Below, one piece after another: positions 22,801-35,959 of a stretch of 64,000 bases of DNA. Source of the DNA: Octopus sinensis (lineage: Eukaryota). The translations under genes were made by a program, and so were the position numbers. Positions within the stretch are counted from its first letter, which is position 1. Every line of letters starts with the position of its first letter. Location of the stretch: positions 44,578,001 through 44,642,000 of the forward strand of contig NC_043002.1 in assembly GCF_006345805.1 (NCBI RefSeq). Reading direction: 5' to 3'. The notes beneath the pieces are model-generated. The model was not told where the DNA came from. It made no database searches and saw only the letters and a list, made by a program, of their open reading frames with translations.

Positions 22801-25800
22801 TGTGTGCTATCTGTCTGGATTAGTATTGATGGAAAAGAGTAATTCTGATCAAGAATTAATCCAGAAGTACTGGATTTTATCTAATCCCAGATATTTTCGT
22901 CTATCAAATTTAATTAATGTGTGTTAGATTCTTCGATATGGGTATTACACCATTGCTCTTACAGGTATTTATCATTGTTTTTCTTTCATTATTCATTCAT
23001 TCGGCATCAAAGTTGAATATTTTCTAATTCTTGGAAATTTATACCAAAGTCAATCAATACCCATTGATATAAAGATTTTATATAGCTTTTGGGCATTTCA
23101 CTTTTTACATTTTTCTTAAATTTCACTTTTTAAGAACATAAGTTACATCTACGTTTTTTAAAACACTGCCTTCATTTACTGAAGAGTTTTAGTTGTTTTT
23201 TTTTATCGTTTATTTCTTTCGAGTTTATCATTTTAAATCCATACGATATTCGCCTCGCGATTTTGTATGTAATAGATCTTCTCAAAATATTTCAATTTCG
23301 TTTTGGGTATATTTTTCCATATAAGAACTTACAATTTCTATAAGATTCTTCTTTAATATATATATTCCTTTCACAGACAGATCCAGAATATTAAGCTTTT
23401 ATTTGTTTTTAAAAGTTGTATGATCATACATATGCATTTTCATAATTTGTTACTTTCGGCAATGGATTCCAGCTTCCGCAATGTTATGCTAAACCATATT
23501 AATGGAATGTAAAATATATTTTTAGCATTTGGTTAAAACCATCCCATTTATAATCAAATAGCGATCGAACATAGTAGGCTGATGAATACGATTTACTTCA
23601 GATATTTACGGTGATACCAACATATTTTGGTACATTTATAATTCGAAATAAAAACAAAAGATTGCTTCATAAACTAATAAGCACTTAAAGAAAATTCATA
23701 TAACTTGAAATTAATTATTTCTTTCTTAGCCTAAACAATATCTTTCACTTCCATATTCATCTATTATATTATTTCGAAGAATAGCAATGATCGAACGCCT
23801 TGTCGAAATGCATAATGCTTGGGCAGAAACTCAGTCCAAGCACCAAGACAGAGGCATCGTCTGGTCAAAGTTTTAGTTTAGATAAATTTATAACCGACTT
23901 ATCATCTAGTGTGATGGATTTTCTTGCGTCTTACTCTCATTAAACTTCTGACTACCTTTTGGTCTTTGCACGAAATCTTTACTTAAAACATGGAACTTAT
24001 CTTTAGATTGTTCTGAATGTTCATGTGAGAAGTCATAATATTTAGTCGTCTTTCTAGGAGTATCCATTTCTGGGTGGATGATAGAAAGTGAGTGACCTCT
24101 GTGGTTTTTGTAGGCATTTGAAAAATCCTTACTAAAAATGATGATGATCGAATCTGGCGCAAATGGAGTGAAAAGAATCCGAATTGGTATCGTAATAAAG
24201 TTCGGCTGGAGGTTCACAAGCACTACTGGAATTTCTTGAATCTTGTCAGAAAGCCTTCAAACAAGAGGAAAGACGTCCTGGAATAACCTCACAAATTCCC
24301 AAAGTTACACACTCCATCATCAACCTAATAGCAATTCTATTGTTATTAAAATGGCAGACAGGGGAGACGCTATTGTAATTATGGACAAAAGTGAGTATAT
24401 TTTGGCTTGTGAAGAAGTTTCAAGTGACAAAACTTCATATGAAAAATAACCTGTCGCTCGAAACTCAAATTACAGAGAGGAACTTGACAAAATAATTCTG
24501 AAATGGAGGAAAACAATTTCATTAATAAGGTCGAATCCAAGATTTTACGATCAGAAAGGCGAACATCTGTATTTTATGGTCTCCCCAAAATACACAAAAA
24601 GTTTGAAAGATTTCCTCCAATGCGCCCAATTTTCAGCGGATATGAATATTGTACATTCAAAATTTCGGAGTGGCTGGATGGCTTGTTAGTCTCTGTCGCC
24701 ATAAGATCAAGTTCTACATTCGGGATACTTTTGTCTAAAATCAGCAACTTTTGAAATCGAATCCCTGTCGAAAACTGTTTTTTCGTAACCATGGATGTTT
24801 CTTCCTTATATCTCATTATTGACCGCGATGAAGGCGTAGACACATGCATGAATGCCTTTGAAAAACGGCCAAAGAAACGTATTTCATCAAATTTTCTCTG
24901 AAGGTTGTTGATCTTTGAAGGGTTGCCCCATGGCAGTTAATTTCGCTAATGTCTTCATGACGAAATTCGAGACAGTTACTGAAGACAATTAATTTTCTAC
25001 ATGGTCATGAACCAATACTTTGGTTACGGTTCATTGATGACATCTTTTTGTCTGGAAAGGATTACAGGATAATTTAATTGAAGTTTTGCATTTATGTGAC
25101 TGTTATGCTAAAACCTATGGCTTTAAGTCTAGTTTATCAGAGTGACAGAGTCATTTTGCAAGCTCACATCAATCTAAATTTACCTCCACGGCCGCTCCGA
25201 CCTTCCACATCATATAATTCGGTCAAATCCGAAATCCCAACTTTTGAGGATAAAACGGATTTGTACCGATATAGGGGATTACTGGACACATGCAAACGCT
25301 TTTGTACACCATCATGTCATATTCGGTTACAGTGAATCACGATTAAAGGAAATAGCAAATGACATAGCTAAGATTAGCAAAGCAAATCAACCCTTCACCC
25401 ATAATTTTAGCAAACACAGCACAATATGTGACAGAATTCTTTTAGTGCTTAACTGGCACCGAATTTTCGCTGGCATTTCAAAAGTTTTGCATAAAAGTTA
25501 CCAGCATGTTGCGAAAAAATATGCTCGTTTTAAACAAATATTTCATCAGCCGCCTGTTGTAGCCTTTAGACGGAATAAAAATATAAAACAATTATTAACC
25601 TCTATTTCTGGCTCCAAGAAAACTAACATTGGAGTATCTGTACGCTTCACCCTGAAAGACAGCCGCAAGAGAGGTAAGCCTTGTTCATTGAGCAACAACA
25701 TGAGTCAAGCAAATTCCATCAGGAATCATAACAGAAATTTATACAGACGGTGGGAAATGTAGAGATTCCCATTTTATGTACGTAGCAGAATGTACGAAGC

Positions 25801-26176
25801 ACAACTTCATTTATATTGGTTGTACAACAGAACAATTGAACAAAAGATTTAATGGGCACTGATGTGACGTCAGACACAATAACAGTAGTTCGACAGAACT
25901 TGCCGAACATTTTGCATCAAACGGTTGCAATTTTGAAAAAGACCTGAAAGTGCATATTCTCAGAAAATATCTGAATGAATCTGCTACACTTTCAATACCC
26001 AAAATGCATGAGGAGAAATATTCCTCCTGGGCGTTATTAACATCACGCCTAGGAGGAATAAATAACATCACATTTACACAAAATTCTTTTTCCTTTTCTT
26101 TTTTCGTTTTTCTTTTTTCTATCCTTTTCTTGTTTTCTCCTTTTTTTTCTTTTTGCTTTTGCCAGTTGTAAAATTG

Positions 26177-26293
26177 AAATCCGTTTTATCCTCAAAAGTT
26201 GGGATTTCGGATTTGACCGAATTATATGATGTGGAAGGTCGGAGCGGACGTGGAGGTAAATTTAGATTGATGTGAGCTTGCAAAATGACTCTG
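26177..26293 (-). repeat. 117 bp inverted copy of 25146-25262 flanked by a ~50 bp direct duplication (26131-26180 / 26292-26340)
   Basis: Base-by-base comparison: one mismatch in 117; the direct repeats differ by one T in a homopolymer. Confidence 0.9.
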
Positions 26294-26437
26294 TTTTCTC
26301 CTTTTTTTCTTTTTGCTTTTGCCAGTTGTAAAATTGAAATTTGATGATGTCATTTTATCAACGTGTGGATGCTGCTTGCTCTCGTTTATATTTTGAATTT
26401 GAATTTCGATAATTTTGAATTTTTGTCACTTTTCATT

Positions 26438-26480
26438 TTGAACTCGATAAAGACAGGCTTGCTGTCGAAATATCTTTCAA
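26438..26480 (+). ncRNA. Degenerate hammerhead ribozyme of the Penelope pLTR
   Basis: TTGAA-CTCGATAA-A-GACAG-(GCTTG)-CTGTC-GAAA-TATC-TTTCAA; stem II and GAAA intact, CUGAUGA core mutated. Confidence 0.55.
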
Positions 26481-26563
26481 CCATAAAATAGCTACTTCAA
26501 TCGCTTCGCGCTCTTGTTATTGTCTATTTATCTCCGTGAAGAGTTACGGCAATCCTTTTAGAA

Positions 26564-26607
<44 letters not shown>

Positions 26608-26608
<1 letters not shown>

Positions 26609-27290
26609 TTTTTTTCTTCTTTCAAATTTGCTTCCATTTCTTGCCGAGTGTCTTCCCGACTCCTAGGGCAAAGAAACTCATAGTATACATTGGTAGGCCA
26701 TTAAACCAAACTCAAAAGTTCGTTCATTTTTTTTTTTTTTATAATTTTTTTTAAAGTTAAATTAAAATACATGAGCAGCAACAGTTCTCACATCGACAAT
26801 GCTCTTCTCAATACGTGTGATGTACCAGGTAAGACAATCTTTTGCACTTCTTGCAGGGATGGTAAGCCAGGGATCATAATTTTCGGTTCCCTTCTTGATC
26901 ATTCCTAGTGCTCCTACGATCACTGGTATTGTAACCGCCTTGAGATGCCACATTTTCTCAATTTCAATGAGTAGGTCTTTATATTTTCTGAGCTTGTCAA
27001 ACTCTTTCGCTGAGATATTATGATCACAGGGGATGCTCATGTCGATCAATAAGCAAACTTTATTGTTTTGGTCTTTCACAACAATATCTGGTTTATTGCC
27101 CTTGATGGTTCGGTCTGTATGTACTGGAAAGTCCCACAGAATGGTTACATTTTCTCCTTCAGTTACAGCCTCAGGGTGGTGATTATACCACTTGTCGGCA
27201 GTTTTGATATTGTAATGCCGACTTATTAGCCAGTGTAGATATTGGCCAACTCTGTCATGTCTTAATTTATACTCCACTGGTGCTAAGACT
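26608..27290 (-). mobile_element. R4/Dong-like family C, 5'-truncated (endonuclease domain and 3' UTR)
   Basis: RHDRVGQYLHW, ILWDFPVHTDRTIKGNKPDIVVKD, IDMSIP, KEFDKLRKYKDL; (ATT)n on both sides. Confidence 0.9.
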
Positions 27291-27359
27291 TATTATTATT
27301 ATTATTAATATTATTATTATTATCATTATTATTATTATTGTTATTGTAATTATTATTAT

Positions 27360-27941
27360 ATGCTTGACTTTTACTTTGTATTTTTACGAGTTGACTGAAA
27401 GCTTCACCCAGAGACCTCAAGAGGCTACAAGTTAGAAGTTCAAGTTGGGGTTATGCCTAGGGTGTCATATATTTGGTTTTGCATAAAATATTGCTCCAGA
27501 AAGTGTTAAAGAAAATATAAGAAACTTTAAGATTAAATAGACAGTATTTTACGTAGGATATGGGCAGTTCCCATGAGCACTATCTTTTGAATTTCTACCA
27601 TTTTGGTGTTTCCTGGTATCTGAGCTAGGTAGGACTCAACTCCTTTTGCTATTATTTCTAGGGTATCTATGACAACAGGAATGGTTTTAATCCTCTGCTT
27701 TCACAATTTGCTAATTTCTGTTTCAAGATTTTTATACTTGCACGGTTTGTGGTAGGTATTGGCAGATACAGTTATGTCGATAGGGATAGTCATATCAATG
27801 AGGAGGTATGATTTTTGTCTGAAGTCCTTCAATATAATATCAAGCCTATTCGCATCTATCTTTCTGTCAGTTTGAACGGTGAAGTTCCAGAAATGTGAGA
27901 TGTGGTCATTTTCGAACACTGGAGTAGGTTTGTGTTCGAAT
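27360..27941 (-). mobile_element. R4/Dong-like family B, 5'-truncated 3' end
   Basis: ENDHISHFWNFTVQTDRKIDANRLDII; family B 3' UTR; (ATT)n on both sides. Confidence 0.85.
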
Positions 27942-27978
27942 TACTATTACTATTACTATTATTATTATTATTATTATA

Positions 27979-28019
<41 letters not shown>

Positions 28020-28044
28020 CATTATCATCATCATCATTATTATC

Positions 28045-29040
28045 ATTATTTATTGTCTTAGCAGAGCTTCTAACACTGGTGATATACTACGGTGCAGCTG
28101 TTCACTACCAGTGAACTAAGGTAACGCCTATTATTTTTCGACTACCACCCCGAGTATTCGAGCAGTTCCAAGCAGAGTGGTTTTCTGAAAGTGCTCCACC
28201 ATTATTGCAGCCCATATTTGTTCCATGTACTTCTGAAGACTTTTAATCACTATTCCCAGGGCTCCGACAAATATTGGTACTACTACAACCTTTTGCAGCG
28301 ACCACAACTGTTTAACCTCCCAAATAAAACTTTCGTTTCTATCGTCTTTTCTTTTTTCCTTATCGGATATTTTGTTGTCAGGTGGGCAAGCTATATCTAC
28401 GTTCCAGAAAAGTTTGCTTTCTTTCTCAATCTACACTATGTCTGGTTTCCTATTCTCTATCTCATGGTCGCATTGAATCATAAAGTCCCATAGGATCTTC
28501 GTATTATAATTTTCGATGATGCCTTCGGGTTTATATTCGTACCAAGTTATTCCTCTGTAAAGTCCATACTTGTTGCAAAGTGTCCAATGGACAATCCTTC
28601 CTATGTTGCCATGACGTCTTTTATATTATTCCTGGGCTACTGATGTACATTGACTGGTAATATGCCATACGGTTTTACAGTTTTGTTCACAAATTCTGCA
28701 CTTAGCACTTTCTGATGTGTTGACTATTCTGTATTCGAAGTAATTGTTTCTTAATGCTTGCTCTTGAGCAGCACAGATTAGAACATCCGTTTCCGGTTGT
28801 AATTCAATTTTAGTCATCCATAGCTATTTTTTCTCTGTCTGCCTTATCTTCAACATCCCTATGAAATTGTCCATGCATTTTTTTCCTTATCCATCTATTT
28901 TCATTTTCATTCATTCTCAAGTCCTTGTACAGTGCTTTATCTTTGCAGTCTTCCATCCTGCACATGCCTGACATTCTTACTTCCAATAATAGTGGTTTTG
29001 TGGCCTTTTCACTATGTCGTTTACTTCTGTCTTAATGCTA
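28045..29040 (-). mobile_element. R4/Dong-like family A 3' part
   Basis: LQPETDVLICAAQEQALRNNY, CRICEQNCKTVWHITSQC; 3' UTR matches 6360-6490. Confidence 0.85.
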
Positions 29041-29049
29041 TGTTTGCAT

Positions 29050-30120
29050 CCAATCAGTCCTCTTCCACCTCTTTTTCTTGGTACATATTGTCCCTCTGAA
29101 TGATGAGGGGTGGCCTTTCTTCCACTAACTGATCTAGGACCCTACTCTGATCCTGGGGACAGTCCCTCTTTATGTGACCTGATTCCAGGCGCAAATGCAT
29201 TGGGTGAGGGCGTCCCTCAAGTATCAAAGGATACCTCTTATTAGCTATGGTCAAAAAGTCTGGGAAAACAGATTTCTTGCGGCTGATTGGGTCCACAGGA
29301 TCAAAACAACTTTTGACCCAACGCAGTCAGCCGTCGGCAACAGCCTCACATTTAGCAGGTTGGATCCGCTGCCACCCAGACCCCGACGGATAGTATCTTC
29401 TAACCACTCGCTTTCCATAACAGGTGGCAACCAGCAGATCCAAGCTCGTCAACTTCTTCCCACAATATGTGGGAAGAAACAGTATCTCTTGCCCTTTCAA
29501 GGGCTGGCTCGCAAACCTGCGAGCCTCATCAGAGGTGTCAAACAGTAACCACACCGTTGCATATTTGGCACCCCTGGAAATAAATTTTATGGTTGGCAGA
29601 TACTCTGCTAACTCTTTCTCTATCTCAATTTTCTTGAAGACGGTGATGGTGTCGAGCGACTTTGAGTATGTCCTCAACACCAACGTCTTCTCTTCCAAGT
29701 ATTTCACCCACTCTTTGGGTGGGACAATCTACCACTCCAACACAGTGTCTAGTTTCTTTGTCAAGTCTGAAAAAGAGACAAAAACAGAAGGAAGAAGGAA
29801 AGAAAAGAGTTCAAGAAAAACAGTTCTAGAACACAGTTACCACAATTTTCCGGCCAACTGGTACTCCAAATAGCAACATGAACACAGCAACTGGAACACA
29901 GCTCCACAAATTTCACAAAAAAATTGGGAAAAAACTTTCCACAACTTTTGGAGGCGTGATACACCTCCAAAACAACACACTTCTCACCGCTAAGTGAGAC
30001 ACTAAGCGCAACTACAGGCAGACAAATGCCCGGAATCCAGTAGAGATTTCTTGTTCGAAAAAATATAAACACAAACAACAAACACCCACTGAATCCCTCT
30101 CAAAAAACAAATGCCTTACC
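29050..30120 (-). mobile_element. Tx1/L1-like element 5' UTR and ORF1, 3'-truncated
   Basis: LEEKTLVLRTYSK...RGAKYATVWLLFDTSDEARRFASQPL (RRM-like) and LILEGRPH...GHIKRDCP (zinc-knuckle-like). Confidence 0.6.
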
Positions 30121-30221
30121 ATGTTGCTGCACTATACTAGTTCAATAATTCACGACACTGCACATCAGCGTCGTGACTCCTCTCAGTGTAAAGAAAACAC
30201 TGACAGACTCATTTATTTGTT

Positions 30222-30455
30222 TCATAGCTTCCTCGACGGCATCACTAGCCTGTCCATACATTTAATTTTGACTCTCTTCAAGACTAACACCCCACACTTT
30301 TTCAGTCTGAACTCCATTCTGATATCAGCACTGAAATTATACACCGTATCAACGAGGTAACTGATTTGGGATTCGTCTTTACTATAAAGTTTGAGGTCAT
30401 CCATGATTAATAAGTGGTTGACTTTCTGTCGGCGGCTTTTGAATACATACCCAGC
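30222..30455 (-). mobile_element. R4/Dong-like RT fragment
   Basis: NHLLIMDDLKLYSKDESQISYLVDTVYNFSADIRMEF. Confidence 0.75.
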
Positions 30456-30461
30456 CTTTGC

Positions 30462-30590
30462 TGGTCGACTTTATTTTTCATCGTTTAGAAGTCGATAAAT
30501 TAAGTGCCCATGAAGCGCTTGGGTCGATATAATCGACTATTCCTCTCTCCCCATATTTCAGGCCTTTTGCCTTTAGTAGAGATGATTATT
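30462..30590 (+). mobile_element. SINE 3' part (same family as 12035)
   Basis: GTCGACTTT..GTCGATAAATTAAGT..GGGTCGATATAATCGAC..GGCCTTTTGCC. Confidence 0.65.
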
Positions 30591-30594
30591 ATTA

Positions 30595-33500
30595 TTGAGA
30601 AATCAATGACAACAAAAAGTAACGACACAAACGAGAGCACTGCCACATCCACCACTACCGCCGATGACAACAACAAGCCCACCACCACCAGCAACTTTAA
30701 AGAAGACAACAAAGAAAACAAAACATTCAAATCTACTTTAAACGAGTTGGACTTTGCGCGAGCGACCCGAGAAGCAAGCGAAGACATTTTTAGAAACGAA
30801 AATTAATTTAAAAGTGATAAGTGTATGTTGCAGAAATGTGGGAGAAATGTGATACTAAACATTCCTAGAACTGTCCAACAAAAAGTTAGTTTGCGGACAG
30901 TTCTATATAAAACATTTGGCGCCAAAAGTAGGAAAGTAGAGCAAGCGGCACAGAACAAGCAACACAGAAGAAAAATGTTTAAAACCTGTTTGGAAGAGCA
31001 AAACTTGCGTAGCCGGAGGGAAAAAGGATGGAACCGATGAAGTGAGGATTGCCTAAGAAGAGGTCACAAATCAGGCGAAATCTATTCTAACGAGTGAAGA
31101 ACTCATACTCATCCTGAAGAGTAGTTTAAGTTAGAGTATACAACATCCCACCAGATAAACATCTCGACATAGAAAAGCACGATTCTGCGAATACAGAGAA
31201 TGCAGAAGCAGAATTGGTTATGACGGAGGACGCAGCTTCTAATACAAGCTGACCTGGGGCGTCGAGGCTACCAGATGGCACAAGGTTTCACGTGGTGTTG
31301 AGGGCAGAAACCAAGATATCCCCTCAGAGATTTCTGGCCACAACAAAAGTGAGAAGTGACCGCCCCTATTTTTGCATACACGACTTCCACCACAGCAACA
31401 ACGGCACCATTAGAAGCAGGTGATTACTACATCTTCAAAAAGAACACTTAACAGTAGTAGTGATAACTGCAATCACAGAAGCACCGACAGTAGTAGTAGC
31501 AGAAAAACAACAAGAGTAACAGTGGAAACAATAACACCAAACGTAACAAACAAATCACCAACATCGGCAACAGCATCAGAATCCCCCCAAACAACATCAA
31601 CTTCATCAACAAAAAAACATAAAAAAGCTCATCAAGATTTTCCCCACCCGTGTTCGGAGCAATCAGACATGTCCTGCGAGGAAGGAGTGCAGTAGGGTCC
31701 TAACTGACAAAATGTTCGTAGATCACACAAAAGAGAAATAATAACAGTGACACCGACATCAACACAAAAGACTGGCAGCTATGACCAGAGTGGGGAGACA
31801 CCATCGAAAATAAATTCTCAGATACTTCCCTCAACAGCAGCTGCGGCATTACAGTCAGCAACATCATCCCCATTACAACCATCACCACCACCACTATTAC
31901 AGACACGACCATCGCAAGCACAAACCAATTCACATAATCATTACACATACTGACTTTATCACACCAAGAAACAACACACCAATTCATATGAAAGTCGTAC
32001 AAACATCACAACGCACAACACCATCATAACAAAATGTTGTGAGGGAGTAATGGCTTTCCAAAGAGACATAAGCAAAATAATATATAAAGAACTGCTCGTG
32101 GAAACATCCATACATACGTATGGGTTTGGAGCATCCAAATTACTCTAAGTAATCTTTTCCGTTTCTACACCTTGATCTAACATGACCTTGCCCAGAGTAG
32201 ACAGTATAAATCCACGTAGTTTCGGGTCGCCATGAAAACACGGCCATCTCTTCAACGACCTTAGGTTACTAAATGTCTCTGACTGACAAGCTTTCATGCC
32301 CATCTTCTGTTGTTTCGAGATATATTTATCTCCAAGTCAATCGGATACCAAACGTGGAACGATGGTGTTGTTCTGGAGAGGTTTTAATCACAAGATAAGG
32401 ACTATCTTCCTGGACGCGGAAGGTAAGTTGGTTGTCCTGGATCTGAACAGTATGTAGAAATGCCCTCAGACTGGTGGCTGTTTATGCTCCTACAGCAACA
32501 GGAAGTCGGATTTCTTCAGACGTTTAGAGGTTTTTTCTAGGAACGTCTCCATCTTTAGCGTTAGTGGGCAATTAGAATGCCGTCTTCGAGTCACGCTTGG
32601 ACTGTGTGAGGTTAGCGGGTAGAAGAGGGTGTGATAAATGCCTCGCAAATTTGCTCAGACATTTCCGACTGTCTGACAGTACTGATTTGATTTACTGGAT
32701 GTGTCAATGTGGCCGTGGACGTATCGCATCGGGTCATTCAAGTCGTATCTAGACAGTGTATTCTGTAAGCTAGTAGAAAAAATAGTATAAGTTATCCACT
32801 TTTCAAACTGGTCGGCTGCACTGACTACTAATTTGTGATCTGAACGGTCGACCTAGATAGACTTGAGGGCAGGGACCCGGTTAATGGAAATTGAACGCTC
32901 TCTTCCAGCATGCCAAGCTTACAGATACCGGATTAGAGAATTAGATACGCGGGTGTTGACAAGGGCAAGCGTCAACAACAAATGATGGTTTGCCCTAAAA
33001 ATGGCAATTAGAGTAGAATCAGTTAGCTTTAGTAAGATATTTTGATAAAAAGGAATGAAGTAGAAGGGAAATTAGAAACTAAGAAGAGGCACTTAGGAAA
33101 GGCATTGCAACTGTCATGCTGGCCACGAAATTGGCCATGGCTCAATTCTTCAATGCTAAACACGAAGGCTGCATTGTGGGCACTTAAGGCGTGTTATATG
33201 ACAAGAGGGAAGGAAAACCGCTTGATGGACCCGTGTGGTAGAAGCGCAGCTTCACAACAAATACAATATTTGGTATTTGGAGGACCAAAATGGGCGCAGG
33301 GTACTTGACCTTGAGTAGATGTGTACAGCATTTTAACAGCACTTCGCCCAACTGTTTGGGACGAACAGTAGTTCAGAACGCAAGATGGACTTCAGTGCCT
33401 AGCTCGACGGCATGCCACGACTCCCGGAAAAGGGACGGAGTGTTGGGAAATGCAGGTAACAGTCATGAATATACGGGATTCAAGGACGTGTTGCACGGGG

Positions 33501-35130
33501 TGGCGTTCAAATCGCCTGATTTGATTAGTCTGTCTTATGAGCTTTACTTTTATATTCCAGACTTGTTTCGTGATTCTTTTGCAGATATCTACCACAACTG
33601 GCTGCAGAGCAGAAGAATTCAACATTCCATGAGTCAACAAGCGCTGACTCTCCTGAGAAAGAGCCTAAACAATTGGGATTAGATAGACTTCAAGATTTTG
33701 GCCGACATGTGAGAAAAGAGGTTGGCGCTTGTCATCGAGGTGATGCGCAAACATGCGCAATTCCGAAGAGATCCATCCACAACCTCCACCTCATGCGATA
33801 CAGCATACACGGAGTGAGTAAGGAACCTGGCATGGATGGGGCCCTGATCAACTTGGGTCAGGGTCGACCACCAAAACTTAGCGGCCGTGCTCACGGAGGC
33901 CGGATTCGGTCCTGTTTTCCGTGGCTGGATCGCTGCAATGAGCAGTCATATTTGCTCGGTAGTTCAGATGAATTGTTACCTATTAGAACCATTCCACGTC
34001 ATGCGTTCGGTCTGTCAAGGGTGTCCTCTCTCGTCTCTTCTTGAGCCCTTGCTACAGAAATTGGAGGCGTTGTGAGGCATGACTCGCGAACTAGTATGTG
34101 AGAAACCGTGACATCATACGCAGACCACATCATCGTCATAGTGTCGAACAGCAGGCATATAGACATGGTCGGCACTACTCTAAGAACAACGAGTCGGTGA
34201 CAGGAGCAAAACTTAACAAAGAAAAATCAATATGCTTGCACATTGGCACCCGGTGAGTCAAGTCCATGCTGTGCAATAATTTCCTAGGACGCTGGACGGA
34301 GGGACCGGTTAAATTGCATGGGATCTGGTTTGGTCCAGATCTCCAAGTGGAGAAGAGCTGGGATTTGGTGACGAGCAGTGTGGCCAAACTCACTGAGAAA
34401 GGAGCCGAGAGAAAGGTACCCCTGAAAGGTTGGGCACAAGTGGCGAATTAATACATCACCTCCCTCATACACTATCACCTAACCGTCGTGCCTTGCGCCA
34501 GTTTACGTCAGACCAAACTGGAGCGCATACTCTTCGGCTGTCCACTTGACAGGAGCTCCATTTTCTGTCAACTCCCGCTGAATGGAGGTGGGCATGCCAT
34601 GCCTGCTGATGTACAGACATGCACCGAGGCTACGACATCTCAGTGCTTATTAGACGGTGAGAATGCGTTAGTTTACTCATCTGATGTGGATGACTTTCGG
34701 GCTAGAACCCATGGAAAACGTCCAGAAATTCCTGACTTGGAAGTGCTACCAGAGAGCATTTTCGATTCGGAATAAACTCTACAGGCATGGAAGTACCGTC
34801 AACCGGGCTTGCCTGCAATGCTCGCAGAGCGACGAAACTGTTTGGCACACTCTCGTTAGTACCCGAGCATTGCTGAATTGTGGATGTAAGTCTAACATTT
34901 GCTGTCGAGTGTAGGAAGGATCCGGTTATTAGTTGAATCCATCGTGAAGATCACGCTGTCGCTTTCATTTGGTCGGGAAGAACAAGAGGTGTTTCTTCGT
35001 GAGGTGGCCTTAGCGAAAGAATTTGAGTGGTGAAAAGAACGGAAGACTAACACGGCCTGCAATTTCGAGGACAGGGTGAAGGCGATTACATTGACTCCAG
35101 TGTTCAACTGTTACTTACCTTAAGGCCCTA
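30595..35130 (+). mobile_element. Decayed near full-length L1-clade (Tx1-like) retrotransposon
   Basis: T/N-rich ORF1 start, APE remnants ~32100-32950, RT AVLTEAGFGPVFRGWIAAM, SVCQGCPLS, YADH, LHGIWFGPDLQVEKSW, C-terminal CLQCSQSDETVWH. Confidence 0.8.
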
Positions 35131-35254
35131 CCCCCACAAAAGGATGAAATGCATAGTCGTCCTCGGCGAAATTTGAAGTCAGAACGTAAAGACAGAAAGC
35201 GACGCCTCTAAACATTTTTATTTGGAGTGGTGACGATTCTGCCAGCTCGCCGCC
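35131..35254 (-). mobile_element. SINE 5' part (same family as 12035)
   Basis: Reverse complement reads GGCGGCGAGCTGGCAGAATCGT...TTCAAATTTCGCCGAGG. Confidence 0.7.
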
Positions 35255-35959
35255 TAAACCATGCCCTGATATCAAATCCCATCTGAATTTGGAGCAATGG
35301 CATTCAGTGGCAGAATGCCTTGCGTATTTAGTTATATGTTTTTATGATTTGCATTCAAGTTTCAGCAAGTTCCATTATTTCGATTTTTTTTTCTTTCAGT
35401 ATTTCTAAAATAAGCAGCAGCGAAGAATCGGTATCTATTAATAAACTGTCCATCCTCTATTCCAAATCGTAATACCTTGCACCTATAGCTAGTATCATTG
35501 TTATTTTGAAAAATGCTTTACAAATGTATTGCTGAAATTTTAAATGATTTTTTATTCCTGCTTCAGATAACATTCAAATAGCAAGTCAATTATATATTCA
35601 TAGTATATGAAATCAATCCGGCTTATCGTATTATATATTTTATAGGAAATTATTCCAATAAATATTAATGTAAATTATACGTAGAACCGAATTCTAATTA
35701 CTTTTTAATGCTTAAATTAGATTTAGTTATATAAATGTATAACATTTCATTAAATATTATATCAAATTTAGAAAATTAACAAGATATGCCAATCACATCA
35801 TTATATTTGTCATGTATCCAACATTATCTAATGCTTGATTTAATTTACGAATTCCAGTTTTTCAGTAAAAGTACCTAAAACCCAGACAAGTTTTTAACAT
35901 TTGAATATACGATCATACTCCTCTACCCATGTTATTGCATAGAATCGTTTTGAACATAA

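Larger units (their letters stand above)
23900..26560 (+). mobile_element. Penelope-like element (Neptune-type), decayed: RT, GIY-YIG endonuclease and pLTR remnant
   Basis: IVIKMADRGDAIVIMDKSEY, FYGLPKIHK..PPMRPI, YLHGRSD..SQLLRIKRICTD, PPVVAFRRNKNIKQLL, IYVAECTKHNFIYIGCTTEQLNKRFNGH; frameshifts and stops. Confidence 0.85.
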
